32,000 bases of DNA. It comes from Candidatus Saccharimonadota bacterium (GTDB taxonomy: Bacteria > Patescibacteriota > Saccharimonadia > Saccharimonadales > UBA4665). Position numbers and translations under genes: made by a program. The notes under the pieces were generated by a model, which saw only the letters and a program-made list of their open reading frames with translations, had not been told where the DNA came from and did not search any database. Of this stretch, positions 24,455 through 32,000 are shown one piece after another (position 1 is the first letter of the stretch; every line of letters starts with the position of its first letter). Location: contig CP025011.1 in the NCBI GenBank assembly GCA_002952755.1, positions 30,001 to 62,000 on the forward strand, read 5' to 3'.

Positions 24455-25408
24455 ATGAATTTCTATCACCTACCGACGCCTTTTTTTGTGTTGGCCCCGA
24501 TGGATGATGTGACCGATACGGTGTTCCGCCGCATGGTCGCCTCTACTGCCGCACCTGATCTGTTTTTCACTGAATTTGTAAACGTAGACGGGCTGCAAAG
24601 CATGGGGCGGGAACGGGTGATCAATAAGCTCAGGTTTACCACACAGGAGCAGCCACTTGTGGCCCAGATTTGGGGCAAAGAACCGGAAAATTATCGTAAG
24701 ACCGCTCATGAGCTAGTAGAAATGGGATACGCTGGTATTGATATCAATATGGGCTGTCCTATTAAGGCTGTGGTACATAATGGCTGCTGCAGCGCATTGA
24801 TTAATAATCGCGATCATGCGGTGGCGATCATTAAAGCGACCCAGGAGGGGGCTGCCGGCCGGGTGCCCGTAAGCGTCAAAACCCGTCTTGGCTTCAACGA
24901 GATCGACCTAACCTGGCACGAAACGCTGTTGCAACAAAACCTCTCGATGCTCACCATTCACGGCCGCACCCGCAAGGAAATGAGCGAAGCGCCAGTACAC
25001 TGGGATGCGGTAGACGAAATACGCAAATTACGAGATAAGATCGCACCGCAGACCCTTTTTGTGGGCAACGGGGACGTTCTAAGCCGCCCACAGGGTGAGG
25101 AATTGGCGACAAAATACCATTTAGATGGTGTGATGATCGGCCGAGGCATATTTCACAATCCTTTTGTGTTTTCAAAGGACCGGCCTTGGGAGAGGTATAG
25201 CAAGAGCCAGAGGCTGGGGTTGTACGCTGAGCATGTCAAAATGTTTGCGGCTACCTGGATGAAAGGCGAGCGGCGGATTGCGACGCTCAATCGGTTTTGT
25301 AAGGTATACGTGAACGGCTTCGACGGCGCCAAAGAGCTACGCGAGCGTTTAATGGAGGCTGAAAGCACCGACCAGTTGCTTGAGATGATTGCTGAAGCAG
25401 CCGTCTAG
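24455..25408 (+). CDS. dus: tRNA-dihydrouridine synthase
   Basis: FVLAPMDDVTDTVFRRM, GIDINMGCP and HGRTR are typical Dus family motifs in a TIM-barrel flavoenzyme. Confidence 0.9.
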   Translation: MNFYHLPTPFFVLAPMDDVTDTVFRRMVASTAAPDLFFTEFVNVDGLQSMGRERVINKLRFTTQEQPLVAQIWGKEPENYRKTAHELVEMGYAGIDINMGCPIKAVVHNGCCSALINNRDHAVAIIKATQEGAAGRVPVSVKTRLGFNEIDLTWHETLLQQNLSMLTIHGRTRKEMSEAPVHWDAVDEIRKLRDKIAPQTLFVGNGDVLSRPQGEELATKYHLDGVMIGRGIFHNPFVFSKDRPWERYSKSQRLGLYAEHVKMFAATWMKGERRIATLNRFCKVYVNGFDGAKELRERLMEAESTDQLLEMIAEAAV

Positions 25409-25410
25409 GA

Positions 25411-25439
25411 TTGTGAAATTGGCGAGAGGTGGGTATACT
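25411..25439 (+). promoter_or_regulatory. promoter TTGTGA-17-TATACT, 7 nt upstream of the ATG at 25447 (leaderless candidate)
   Basis: TTGTGA lies at 25411-25416 and TATACT at 25434-25439. Confidence 0.5.
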
Positions 25440-25446
25440 GCGAGGC

Positions 25447-26361
25447 ATGATTGATGTCTCTAAACTGGGCAAAAAATACCGTAAGAAGATCGCCGTTGAT
25501 AATCTTTCGTTCAAAGTAGAAACCGGTAAAGTAACCGGCTTTTTGGGCCCGAATGGTGCGGGCAAGTCGACCACGATGCGCCTGATGCTCGGACTCGATA
25601 ACGGATCTGGCTGCACCACCTATGATGGCAAGAATCTGCATGACTATACCCGGCCGTCCAGTGTCGTGGGAGTCTTGCTCGAAGCCAAGGCTTTTCATCC
25701 TACCCGTAGCGCCCGTAACCACTTGCGTATTCTGGCCGCAGCCGGAGGTATCGCCGACTCCCGTGTTGACGAGGTGCTTGATATTGTTGGTCTCACCGAA
25801 GTTGCCCGTAAAAAACCAGGTAAATTCAGCTTAGGTATGAGCCAGCGTCTCGGCATTGCTGCCGCCCTTTTAGGGAAGCCAAAGTATCTGATGCTCGACG
25901 AACCAGCCAATGGTCTAGATCCCGAAGGCATCGCCTGGCTGCGCGAATTTATCAAGAACTACGCCGACGAGGGCAACGCTGTTTTCGTCTCCAGCCACCT
26001 GCTGAGCGAAATGTCACAAATGGCAGATAACGTGGTCGTAATCGGCAAAGGCAAGCTAATCGCCGAAACATCGATTACACAGTTAATCTCTGGTAGCGCC
26101 CACTCCGGCGTGTTTGTACGTGCGAGCAACATGAGCAAGCTCGAAAAGGAGTTGTCTGGCAAAAACTGGACATACGAAAAAGTAGACGGTGGCGGCCTGA
26201 ATATCTCAGGTGTGAAGTCGGATGAAGTGGGCAAACTGGCTTTTGCCGCCGGCATCATCGTGCTTGAACTGTCTAACCGCACCGCATCGCTCGAAGAAGC
26301 ATTTTTGGAGCTGACCGCCGGAAGTGAAGAGTTCCAAGCCAAAACGGAGGGTAAAAAATGA
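25447..26361 (+). CDS. ABC transporter ATP-binding protein
   Basis: It has Walker A GPNGAGKST, the signature FSLGMSQRLGIA and Walker B YLMLDEPANGLD. ATG 25447 (MIDVSKLGKKY) is preferred over the GTG at 25429, which would overlap the predicted -10 box. Confidence 0.9.
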   Translation: MIDVSKLGKKYRKKIAVDNLSFKVETGKVTGFLGPNGAGKSTTMRLMLGLDNGSGCTTYDGKNLHDYTRPSSVVGVLLEAKAFHPTRSARNHLRILAAAGGIADSRVDEVLDIVGLTEVARKKPGKFSLGMSQRLGIAAALLGKPKYLMLDEPANGLDPEGIAWLREFIKNYADEGNAVFVSSHLLSEMSQMADNVVVIGKGKLIAETSITQLISGSAHSGVFVRASNMSKLEKELSGKNWTYEKVDGGGLNISGVKSDEVGKLAFAAGIIVLELSNRTASLEEAFLELTAGSEEFQAKTEGKK

Positions 26362-27104
26362 TGTTATCTTCACTCAAAGCAGAGTTTCGCAAGCTACTTA
26401 CTGTGCGCTCAACGTACATCATTTTCGGCATCACCGTACTGCTGGTCATTTTCTTTGCTTTTTATGCCGAAGGTATAAAGGCGACAACCGAGGCCTTGTA
26501 CAACCCTGGACTACTCGTCAGCGAAAGTAAGCAGGCGATTATGGCTGTTGGCTTACTGGGTGCCATGGTAGGCGTTTTGCTCGTCACACACGAGTATCGC
26601 TATAACACAGTGATGTACACGCTCACTGCGTCCAATAGCCGTACCAAAGTTATTCTAGCTAAATTACTGACCGTAAGCGCCTTTGCGGTCGTTTTTTCGC
26701 TGGTCGTGGGCTCGCTATCCCCAGCGCTTACCTATCTAGGTATTCATCTAAAGGGTCACGCACTGGTACATCAGGTATTCCCAGTGTGGGACGTTCTGTG
26801 GCGGGTTGTATTTGTTGGCTGGGGCTATGCCATGCTCGGCTTTATCTTTGCCTCAGCCATCCGTATACAGGTGGGAGCAATCTCGGCTATGTTCCTCGTT
26901 CCCGCTATGGTTGAGCCGCTCGTCGGACTGCTTCTTAAGCAAAATGCCGTCTATCTGCCATTTAACGATTTGCAGACAGTGCTTATGCACCAAGGCACGC
27001 TTAAGACCATTTCAGTTGCAAACGCTGCTTGGCTGTTCGTGATCTATGTAGTCGGGGGCATGCTCATCACCTGGCAACTCTTTGTCCGCCGCGACGCTAA
27101 CTAG
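26358..27104 (+). CDS. ABC-2 family permease
   Basis: The 248-aa product has six predicted TM helices. Its start overlaps the ATPase stop as ATGA. Confidence 0.7.
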   Translation: MMLSSLKAEFRKLLTVRSTYIIFGITVLLVIFFAFYAEGIKATTEALYNPGLLVSESKQAIMAVGLLGAMVGVLLVTHEYRYNTVMYTLTASNSRTKVILAKLLTVSAFAVVFSLVVGSLSPALTYLGIHLKGHALVHQVFPVWDVLWRVVFVGWGYAMLGFIFASAIRIQVGAISAMFLVPAMVEPLVGLLLKQNAVYLPFNDLQTVLMHQGTLKTISVANAAWLFVIYVVGGMLITWQLFVRRDAN

Positions 27105-27889
27105 ATTCGTCCAAGGGTGTCTACGGCAGTTTGTACCAGCGGTTGCAATTCTTCGGTGGCGATATTGGTGATTAAGTGACGTGCCGGCGTGTCCATATCT
27201 TCTGTAGGCCAGTCAGCAATTTGACGCTGGGACGGTGAAACGGCAAAGCTGCTTAATCGCGCAAAGCTTATCCCCGTAATGTCGGAAAGGGGTCGAACTC
27301 TCCATCCTGGCGGTAAGGCGAAGTAGTCTTGATAATGCTCCTTGGTATCTACATAATAGAGTGATCCAGGGTTGAAAGTTACATCTCCAATACGAACTTC
27401 TGTAACTCCCAGCCCCGACGAATAGCCGGTTCCCTTGACGACGATTGAAGCAGCGCCATTCTCGTCGACGAATATCTCCCCGCCATAGCCCGACAAACTA
27501 TGTACTACGCCTTCCTGGATCGAATGAAGTGTAGAGGCAAATCCATATTCTGCGGCGCTACAAGTATTTGCGGTTTGACGTGCCTGCCTTGGGAATCTAA
27601 TCGGAGTGTCTAGGTTTGGGGGTTCCACGCTCTGATTAATGATGTGTTGCATAATGCGAGAGACGTCGTCTTCCGAGTACACTGGCCATTCAATAACTCT
27701 ATTCGCTAAAGTCGCTGCATCTCCTTCCCGCAGTATCTCAGCAGCAGCCGAAGCAAGCATATGTGCGGGCCAACTTGGGCAATCTCTGGCGACTCTTCTT
27801 AGGCGTGTTTCTAGATCGACGCCCTGTTGTGCGCAGGCGTCAACGAACTGTTTTGTTGTAACTGGAACGTACTGTTCAGAGATCCCCAT
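27101..27889 (-). CDS. hypothetical protein, 262 aa
   Basis: It is a clean ORF with no recognisable domain. Its stop overlaps the convergent permease stop by 4 nt. A TAGAAT box (complement of 27899-27904) lies 9 nt upstream of the ATG. Confidence 0.5.
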   Translation of the reverse strand: MGISEQYVPVTTKQFVDACAQQGVDLETRLRRVARDCPSWPAHMLASAAAEILREGDAATLANRVIEWPVYSEDDVSRIMQHIINQSVEPPNLDTPIRFPRQARQTANTCSAAEYGFASTLHSIQEGVVHSLSGYGGEIFVDENGAASIVVKGTGYSSGLGVTEVRIGDVTFNPGSLYYVDTKEHYQDYFALPPGWRVRPLSDITGISFARLSSFAVSPSQRQIADWPTEDMDTPARHLITNIATEELQPLVQTAVDTLGRI

Positions 27890-28073
27890 ATTCTATATAT
27901 TCTACTGCGATTTAAAATAAGTCACTAATTGCCAACGGGGAGATGTACGAAACTGTGGATCGGGTTGACAAATGGAATCGCATCAAGGCTGAACGGATGG
28001 AGAAGTATCAGATCGTAGCCACTAGTAAATAGTAATATTCCAGTATCTAAGGGGACTGCCCTAGAACCACTGA

Positions 28074-28886
28074 CTAATGGTGTGTCTGTCGAGAATACTC
28101 GTAAAGGCTAATAGCTGCAGAAGATGCTGCGTTTAGAGAGCTAGCAGTGCCGTGCATGGGTATGCTAGCGAGGTTGGTGCATGCTTCTTTCCACTGCTTG
28201 CTCAAGCCCCATGTCTCGTTACCGACAATAATAGCGGTTGGTTTTGTGAGGTCATAATCCCAGAGTATTTGACCAGCATCCTTGGACAACCCAACTATAC
28301 TGAAGTTCGTCTTTTGTTGGGATAGCCAGGCCTTGAAGTCAGCAGGGCTAGCGGCCAGCGTTACGGAGAGGGCAAATAGCGAACCCCTGCTGGCGCGTAT
28401 TGCCTTCGGGTCGTATATGTCAGCAGAATGGCCGGTGATTACGACCATACTCGCACCTAGAGCATCAGCCGATCGAACGACGGCGCCAATGTTGCCGGGG
28501 TTCTGAGGTCTGTCTAGGACCAAGACCATTTTGCTCCGCAGGTTGCTGAGTTTTATCTTTGATAGCGAAGTATCACGACTCTTAACGATTGCAATTAGCT
28601 CAGGTACTGACTCGTTCTTTTCGCCCAGTTCTTTCATGATTTCTGGCGATAGTTCGTAATACTTACATTTCATGCCTTGCGAAATAATGCCTTTTGCCCA
28701 GTCTGATAGCTTGCCAGACAAGAATAATAACGACTCGATCTCCCAGTTTTGAGCAATGACGGCATTAATTGGGCGCACGCCTTGCACTATGAACTTCCCG
28801 CTTTGCGTGCGTTTAGTGCGGTTGGTTAATAACGACTGCCATTGCATTGAAAGACCGCTAGGTCTAGTGACTTTAATTGCGTCCAT
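28074..28886 (-). CDS. TrmH/SpoU-family RNA 2'-O-methyltransferase
   Basis: The SpoU motifs are LVLDRPQNPGNIGAVVRSADALGA, IVGNETWGLS and IPMHGTASSLNAASSAAISLYE. An N-terminal substrate-binding-like domain is present. Confidence 0.85.
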   Translation of the reverse strand: MDAIKVTRPSGLSMQWQSLLTNRTKRTQSGKFIVQGVRPINAVIAQNWEIESLLFLSGKLSDWAKGIISQGMKCKYYELSPEIMKELGEKNESVPELIAIVKSRDTSLSKIKLSNLRSKMVLVLDRPQNPGNIGAVVRSADALGASMVVITGHSADIYDPKAIRASRGSLFALSVTLAASPADFKAWLSQQKTNFSIVGLSKDAGQILWDYDLTKPTAIIVGNETWGLSKQWKEACTNLASIPMHGTASSLNAASSAAISLYEYSRQTHH

Positions 28887-28893
28887 GAGAATC

Positions 28894-28902
28894 AGTTTAA
28901 CA
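28894..28902 (-). promoter_or_regulatory. extended -10 promoter TGtTAAACT, 7 nt upstream of the TrmH-family ATG (leaderless candidate)
   Basis: The reverse complement of 28894-28902 is TGTTAAACT, and the spacer is 28887-28893. Confidence 0.35.
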
Positions 28903-29165
28903 GATTAGAGTTGCTATTTTATACAGATAGTACCGATAGTTGGCGTGGTGTCGAGCGACTTACCATGTTGCACGCCAGGCGTACTTCGAGAGTGACGAGA
29001 TGGTCAAAAAGTCCCTGCCAGCATTGGCCTATTCTGGGACCACTCGGGGTTAGGTATTGAAAAACGAGGCCAAGACTCGATATTTCCCGCAGGTTTGAAA
29101 CCGCTAGAATGGCAGCGTCCCAGTGATTTAACAAATTGCCGATAATTCGGCCAAAAATTTTAACT

Positions 29166-29241
29166 TGGTGGGGGCGGTTGGAGTTGAACCAACCACCAAG
29201 CGGTTATGAGCCGCCTGCTCTAACCGATGAGCTACGCCCCC
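29166..29241 (-). tRNA. tRNA with CAU anticodon, elongator type (tRNA-Met, or tRNA-Ile2 if lysidinylated), CCA encoded
   Basis: The reverse complement reads GGGGGCG-TA-GCTC-ATCGGTTA-GAGC-A-GGCGG-CTCATAA-CCGCT-TGGTG-GTTGG-TTCAACT-CCAAC-CGCCCCC-ACCA. This is a full cloverleaf with a paired 1:72. Confidence 0.9.
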
Positions 29242-29341
29242 TTGTGTTTTACGCGACCCTCCGTGCGGAAGGGTCCACTTGCGAACCGGCTAACAGAGTG
29301 AGTATAGCAGATTTTAAACAGCGGTTATATAATGATATACG

Positions 29342-29797
29342 GTGTTAACAAAAATCAAACAATATCAAAAAAAGCTCGAAGGGGTGGGCAACAGTCTGCG
29401 GGATACCCGGGTGCTTGGCATGCTCCTATTTTTGGTAATTGCTTTAATGGTGAGTTGGAGCAGCGTAAAGGCTATAGATACTAACTACGGTTTGCAAAAG
29501 CAAATTTCTGAGATCCAACAGCAAAATGCGGTGCAGCAGCTGGCAAACGAGAATCAGAAGCTGGAGAACGAGTATTTTAATACACCCCAATACCTGGACA
29601 TAGCTGCTCGCCAAGATTTCGGCCTCGCCCTACCCGGAGAAAAGATATTACTGGTGCCACAAACGGTAGCAATGACTCACACTGTTATGCTGCCTCAAGA
29701 TATGGCGAAACCACCAAGCATACCTAAGTCCAAGCCAGCCTACCAGCGGCATTTCCAGGCCTGGATGGACTTCTTTTTCCATAGTAGCAATGGCTAA
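29342..29797 (+). CDS. ftsB: septum formation initiator family protein (FtsB/DivIC-like)
   Basis: A short basic N-terminus is followed by the single TM helix VLGMLLFLVIALMVSW, a coiled coil (LQKQISEIQQQNAVQQLANENQKLENEY) and then YLDIAARQDFGLALPGEKILLVP. The GTG start is uncertain. Confidence 0.65.
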   Translation: MLTKIKQYQKKLEGVGNSLRDTRVLGMLLFLVIALMVSWSSVKAIDTNYGLQKQISEIQQQNAVQQLANENQKLENEYFNTPQYLDIAARQDFGLALPGEKILLVPQTVAMTHTVMLPQDMAKPPSIPKSKPAYQRHFQAWMDFFFHSSNG

Positions 29798-29826
29798 TTG
29801 ACACTCGTACCCCTGTTTGGTATGAT
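29798..29826 (+). promoter_or_regulatory. consensus-like promoter for tRNA-fMet
   Basis: TTGACA (29798-29803), a 17-nt spacer and TATGAT (29821-29826) preceded by TGg. It lies 46 nt upstream of the tRNA 5' end. Confidence 0.6.
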
Positions 29827-29872
29827 ATATGCAGATGAGACATTCTATGTGTTTGTCTCATTACTAACATAT

Positions 29873-29947
29873 CGCGGGGTGGAGCAGCGGCAGCTCGCGT
29901 GGCTCATAACCACGAGGTCAGAGGTTCGAGTCCTCTCCCCGCAACCA
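29873..29947 (+). tRNA. initiator tRNA-fMet (CAU), CCA encoded
   Basis: The sequence reads CGCGGGG-TG-GAGC-AGCGGCA-GCTC-G-CGTGG-CTCATAA-CCACG-AGGTC-AGAGG-TTCGAGT-CCTCT-CCCCGCA-A-CCA. The C1/A72 mismatch and A11:U24 pair are bacterial initiator hallmarks. The anticodon stem has U29:A41 instead of the first of the three G:C pairs. Confidence 0.9.
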
Positions 29948-30033
29948 AGTTGAAATAACAAATAGAGATTCGTCATATGACGAATCTCTATTTCTTGTCG
30001 CCTCTGTACATTAGGTTTCAGTCCTGTTAGGTC
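29946..30033 (+). repeat. direct repeat copy A (terminator plus conserved 28-mer)
   Basis: CAAGTTGAAATAACAAATAGAGATTCG..CGCCTCTGTACATTAGGTTTCAGTCCTGTTAGGTC aligns with 31164-31247. It starts inside the CCA end of tRNA-fMet. Confidence 0.85.
29960..29997 (+). terminator. rho-independent terminator downstream of tRNA-fMet
   Basis: A 14-bp stem (AAATAGAGATTCGT / ACGAATCTCTATTT) encloses the loop CATATG and runs into TTTCTT. Confidence 0.7.
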
Positions 30034-30046
30034 TTATTATTCTCCT

Positions 30047-30523
30047 ATGACGCGCGATTATTACCATGTCCAAGAATGGACTCCAAAACTCAAAGCCACA
30101 GGGGACGAACTGGTGGCCAAGATTCATGAAGCAACGCCAGAGCTCGAGGTGCTGTTTATGGGCGCAGCTGCCCTCGGGTTGCCCGGTAAGAACGACATAG
30201 ATCTGGATATTCTATGTAGCCAAAATAATTTAAAGCGATATGTGGAGGTGTTAACGCCAGTGCTAGGTGCTCCGCAAGGGCTGAAAGAAAATATGGCTGC
30301 CTGGAGCTATATGGATGGCGATATCGAAATCGATTGCATCTTGTCAGATCCTACACTGCCGGCATCCCATATTCCGAAGCAAAAGAAAATGTTTGAAACG
30401 CTCAAAGCGAGTCCGGAACTCCAATCACGCTATGCGCAGCTAAAGCGTGATTGTGATGGGCTGCCATATGCGGATTATGAAGCCAAGAAAAAAGCATTCT
30501 TTGAGGAAGTCGAGGCTTTATAG
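30047..30523 (+). CDS. GrpB-like / nucleotidyltransferase-fold protein
   Basis: FMGAAALGLPGKNDIDLDIL is a G-x-D-x-D NTase-type motif. The C-terminal YAQLKRDCDGLPYADYEAKKKAFFEEV resembles GrpB family tails. Confidence 0.55.
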   Translation: MTRDYYHVQEWTPKLKATGDELVAKIHEATPELEVLFMGAAALGLPGKNDIDLDILCSQNNLKRYVEVLTPVLGAPQGLKENMAAWSYMDGDIEIDCILSDPTLPASHIPKQKKMFETLKASPELQSRYAQLKRDCDGLPYADYEAKKKAFFEEVEAL

Positions 30524-31086
30524 TGCGCCAATCAAAAGTCATCTTATTACATGGTAAAGACAAAGACTCTAGTTTTATCTGGTACCCTTGGCTCAAACAG
30601 GAGTTGGCAAACAAGGGCATTCAGTGCGATATTCCAGATTTGCCACAGGCCGATAACCCAAAAATAAATGAGTGGTTGAGTGTGATTGACTCGCTAAAAC
30701 CTGATGCTGATACAACTTTAGTAGGTCACTCAAGAGGTGGAATGGCAATACTGAGGTGGGTTGAAAGTCGGCAGCAGCATGTACGGCGGGTGATATTGGT
30801 TGCGGCCAACAGCGCCACCATTACGGACGATAACACAAGCGATTTTTATTCTGGCCTGTATGATTTTGCCACGATTCGAGACTGCTGTGACGAGTTTGTG
30901 GTTATGCATTCTAAGGATGATGAATGGGTGCCGTATGCTGCTGGGCTCGAAAATACAGAAGGTCTTAACGCTAGATTGATTAGCTTCGAAAACCGTGCTC
31001 ACTTCGGGAAGCAAGCCGATGGCACTATGATGACTACGTTCCCCGAGCTTCTAAACGAGATATCAGGTTCTAGCGTGGAGCGGTAG
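30523..31086 (+). CDS. alpha/beta serine hydrolase (YdeN/RBBP9-like family)
   Basis: It has VILLHGKD, the nucleophile elbow VGHSRGG and later D and H residues (HSKDDEWVP, RAHFG). The GTG start overlaps the upstream stop as TAGTG. Confidence 0.7.
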   Translation: MRQSKVILLHGKDKDSSFIWYPWLKQELANKGIQCDIPDLPQADNPKINEWLSVIDSLKPDADTTLVGHSRGGMAILRWVESRQQHVRRVILVAANSATITDDNTSDFYSGLYDFATIRDCCDEFVVMHSKDDEWVPYAAGLENTEGLNARLISFENRAHFGKQADGTMMTTFPELLNEISGSSVER

Positions 31087-31163
31087 AGCAATTGACCGAT
31101 AGCCTGCCTCTGTAGAGTGTCGTTTCCAACGATATGGTTCCGATTCGATTATACTTGGGCGAT

Positions 31164-31247
31164 CAAGTTGAAATAACAGATAGAGATTCGCTTTACGGCG
31201 AGTCTCTTTTTTCGCCTCTGTACATTAGGTTTCAGTCCTGCTTGGCC
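31164..31247 (+). repeat. direct repeat copy B
   Basis: CAAGTTGAAATAACAGATAGAGATTCG..CGCCTCTGTACATTAGGTTTCAGTCCTGCTTGGCC. The 28-mer CGCCTCTGTACATTAGGTTTCAGTCCTG is identical to copy A. The terminator stem differs by compensatory changes. Confidence 0.85.
31182..31212 (+). terminator. rho-independent terminator downstream of the hydrolase gene
   Basis: AGAGATTCGC pairs with GCGAGTCTCT (10 bp, one G-T) around the loop TTTACG, followed by TTTTTT. Confidence 0.7.
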
Positions 31248-31249
31248 TT

Positions 31250-31258
31250 TGCTATGAT
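31250..31258 (+). promoter_or_regulatory. extended -10 promoter TGcTATGAT, 6 nt upstream of the SDR ATG (leaderless candidate)
   Basis: TGCTATGAT lies at 31250-31258 and the ATG at 31265, with no SD. Confidence 0.45.
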
Positions 31259-31264
31259 ACCCTT

Positions 31265-31999
31265 ATGAAAGATAAGATTGTTCTAATCACTGGCTCGTCA
31301 AGGAATGGAATGGGCACGGCAGCGGCACGAGTAGCGGCTGCAAGAGGCGCTAAGGTCGTTCTGCATGGCCACACAGAAGACCAAGAGTTAAAAGATATCG
31401 CACAAGAACTCAAATGTGATTACGTTGTATGTGATGTAGCCGACAAAACAGCTGTCGAGGCTGCTGTTACTGAAGTTATAGAGAAGATGGGGCATATCGA
31501 TGCGCTTATTAACTGTGCCGGGATGGCAGAAGCAGCCCCTTTCCTAGAATCGGACGACGATCACTGGATGCGCGTATTCAGGGTGAATGTCCTGGGCACG
31601 GTCCATTTTATCCAAGCTGTTGCACCACATATGCTTAAGGATAAGGGCGGCCGCATCGTTAACGTTTCGTCTATTCGCGGTATAGAGAATATGGCATCAA
31701 ACCGTATTACTGCTTATTCGGCCAGCAAGGCTGCAGTCAATAACTTAACTGCAGCGCTTGCGAAAGAATTTGCACCACATATCGCTGTAAATGCCGTAGC
31801 CCCTGGTTTTACTATGACCAAATTAAGCGCGGGCTGGACCGATGCCGTGCACGCCCAGCTAAAAACCGCGTTGCTACAAAGAGCCGCTCAACCAGAAGAG
31901 ATGGCAGAAACTATGGTATTTTTGGCGAGTGACGAGGCTAGGTTTATTACAGGTCAGGTGCTAGTGGTGGACGGTGGCTATAGTATCGCCGGGAAGTAA
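31265..31999 (+). CDS. short-chain dehydrogenase/reductase (FabG-like SDR)
   Basis: It has the cofactor motif ITGSSRNGMG, NCAG, the catalytic triad context S..YSASKAA and a PG motif. The stop TAA is at 31997-31999. Confidence 0.9.
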   Translation: MKDKIVLITGSSRNGMGTAAARVAAARGAKVVLHGHTEDQELKDIAQELKCDYVVCDVADKTAVEAAVTEVIEKMGHIDALINCAGMAEAAPFLESDDDHWMRVFRVNVLGTVHFIQAVAPHMLKDKGGRIVNVSSIRGIENMASNRITAYSASKAAVNNLTAALAKEFAPHIAVNAVAPGFTMTKLSAGWTDAVHAQLKTALLQRAAQPEEMAETMVFLASDEARFITGQVLVVDGGYSIAGK

Positions 32000-32000
32000 G

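Noticed and set aside
27943-28032. A 29-aa ORF (MYETVDRVDKWNRIKAERMEKYQIVATSK) between two minus-strand genes.
   Set aside because: The GGGGAG directly abuts the ATG with no spacer, the ORF is very short, and there is no supporting signal. It cannot be supported from sequence alone.
28887-29165. A possible small RNA (SRP-like GGTCCCAGAA..GCCAATGCTGGCAGGGAC on the minus strand) in the 279-nt gap downstream of tRNA(CAU).
   Set aside because: It has only scattered 4-5 nt resemblances to 4.5S RNA. It lacks the GGAA tetraloop/AGCAGCC helix-8 motif, and its stems are only 4-5 bp.
29136-29348. A 70-aa plus-strand ORF.
   Set aside because: It is antisense across the complete tRNA(CAU) gene at 29166-29241.
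1-32000. An alternative genetic code (UGA recoding, as in some candidate phyla).
   Set aside because: TGA functions as a stop exactly at gene junctions (ATGA overlaps at 4272-4275 and 26358-26361). Recognisable proteins have normal lengths with code 11.

Overview
This is a densely coding chromosomal segment of about 50% GC that uses the standard genetic code: TGA stops sit exactly at ATGA gene overlaps at 4272-4275 and 26358-26361.

Recognisable genes:
- A minus-strand envelope operon of polyprenyl-phosphate sugar transferase, GT4 glycosyltransferase and glmS. glmS is truncated by the left edge and is missing from the ORF track.
- A GtrA-like gene translationally coupled to a regulator that has only the LexA N-terminal domain.
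- A DsbA-like oxidoreductase, an archaeal-type AspRS, and two HhH-GPD DNA glycosylases (AlkA-like, and MutY-like without Fe-S cysteines).
- A class-A beta-lactamase-fold protein, two ABC-2 exporter pairs, DUF1653, Dus, a TrmH/SpoU methyltransferase, FtsB/DivIC and an SDR.
- Two CAU-anticodon tRNAs, one elongator-type and one initiator.
- Many membrane-anchored or low-complexity hypothetical proteins.

This content would fit a reduced-genome, Gram-positive-like bacterium such as Patescibacteria/Saccharibacteria. That placement is inference only.

Items worth a second look:
1. A cobalamin-riboswitch-like leader with a terminator/antiterminator platform sits directly in front of an unassignable 508-aa Cys-cluster protein.
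2. An 880-bp stretch with no credible CDS is built around a roughly 560-bp imperfect palindrome with nested hairpins.
3. A hairpin family has a conserved 48-49 nt core flanked by 29-30 bp stems that are perfectly complementary but differ between copies.
4. An approximately 85-bp direct repeat brackets a low-GC two-gene cassette immediately 3' of tRNA-fMet.
5. A -10 box, often TGn-extended, recurs 6-9 nt upstream of ATG, which suggests widespread leaderless mRNAs.

No CRISPR array, transposase, integrase or rRNA was seen.
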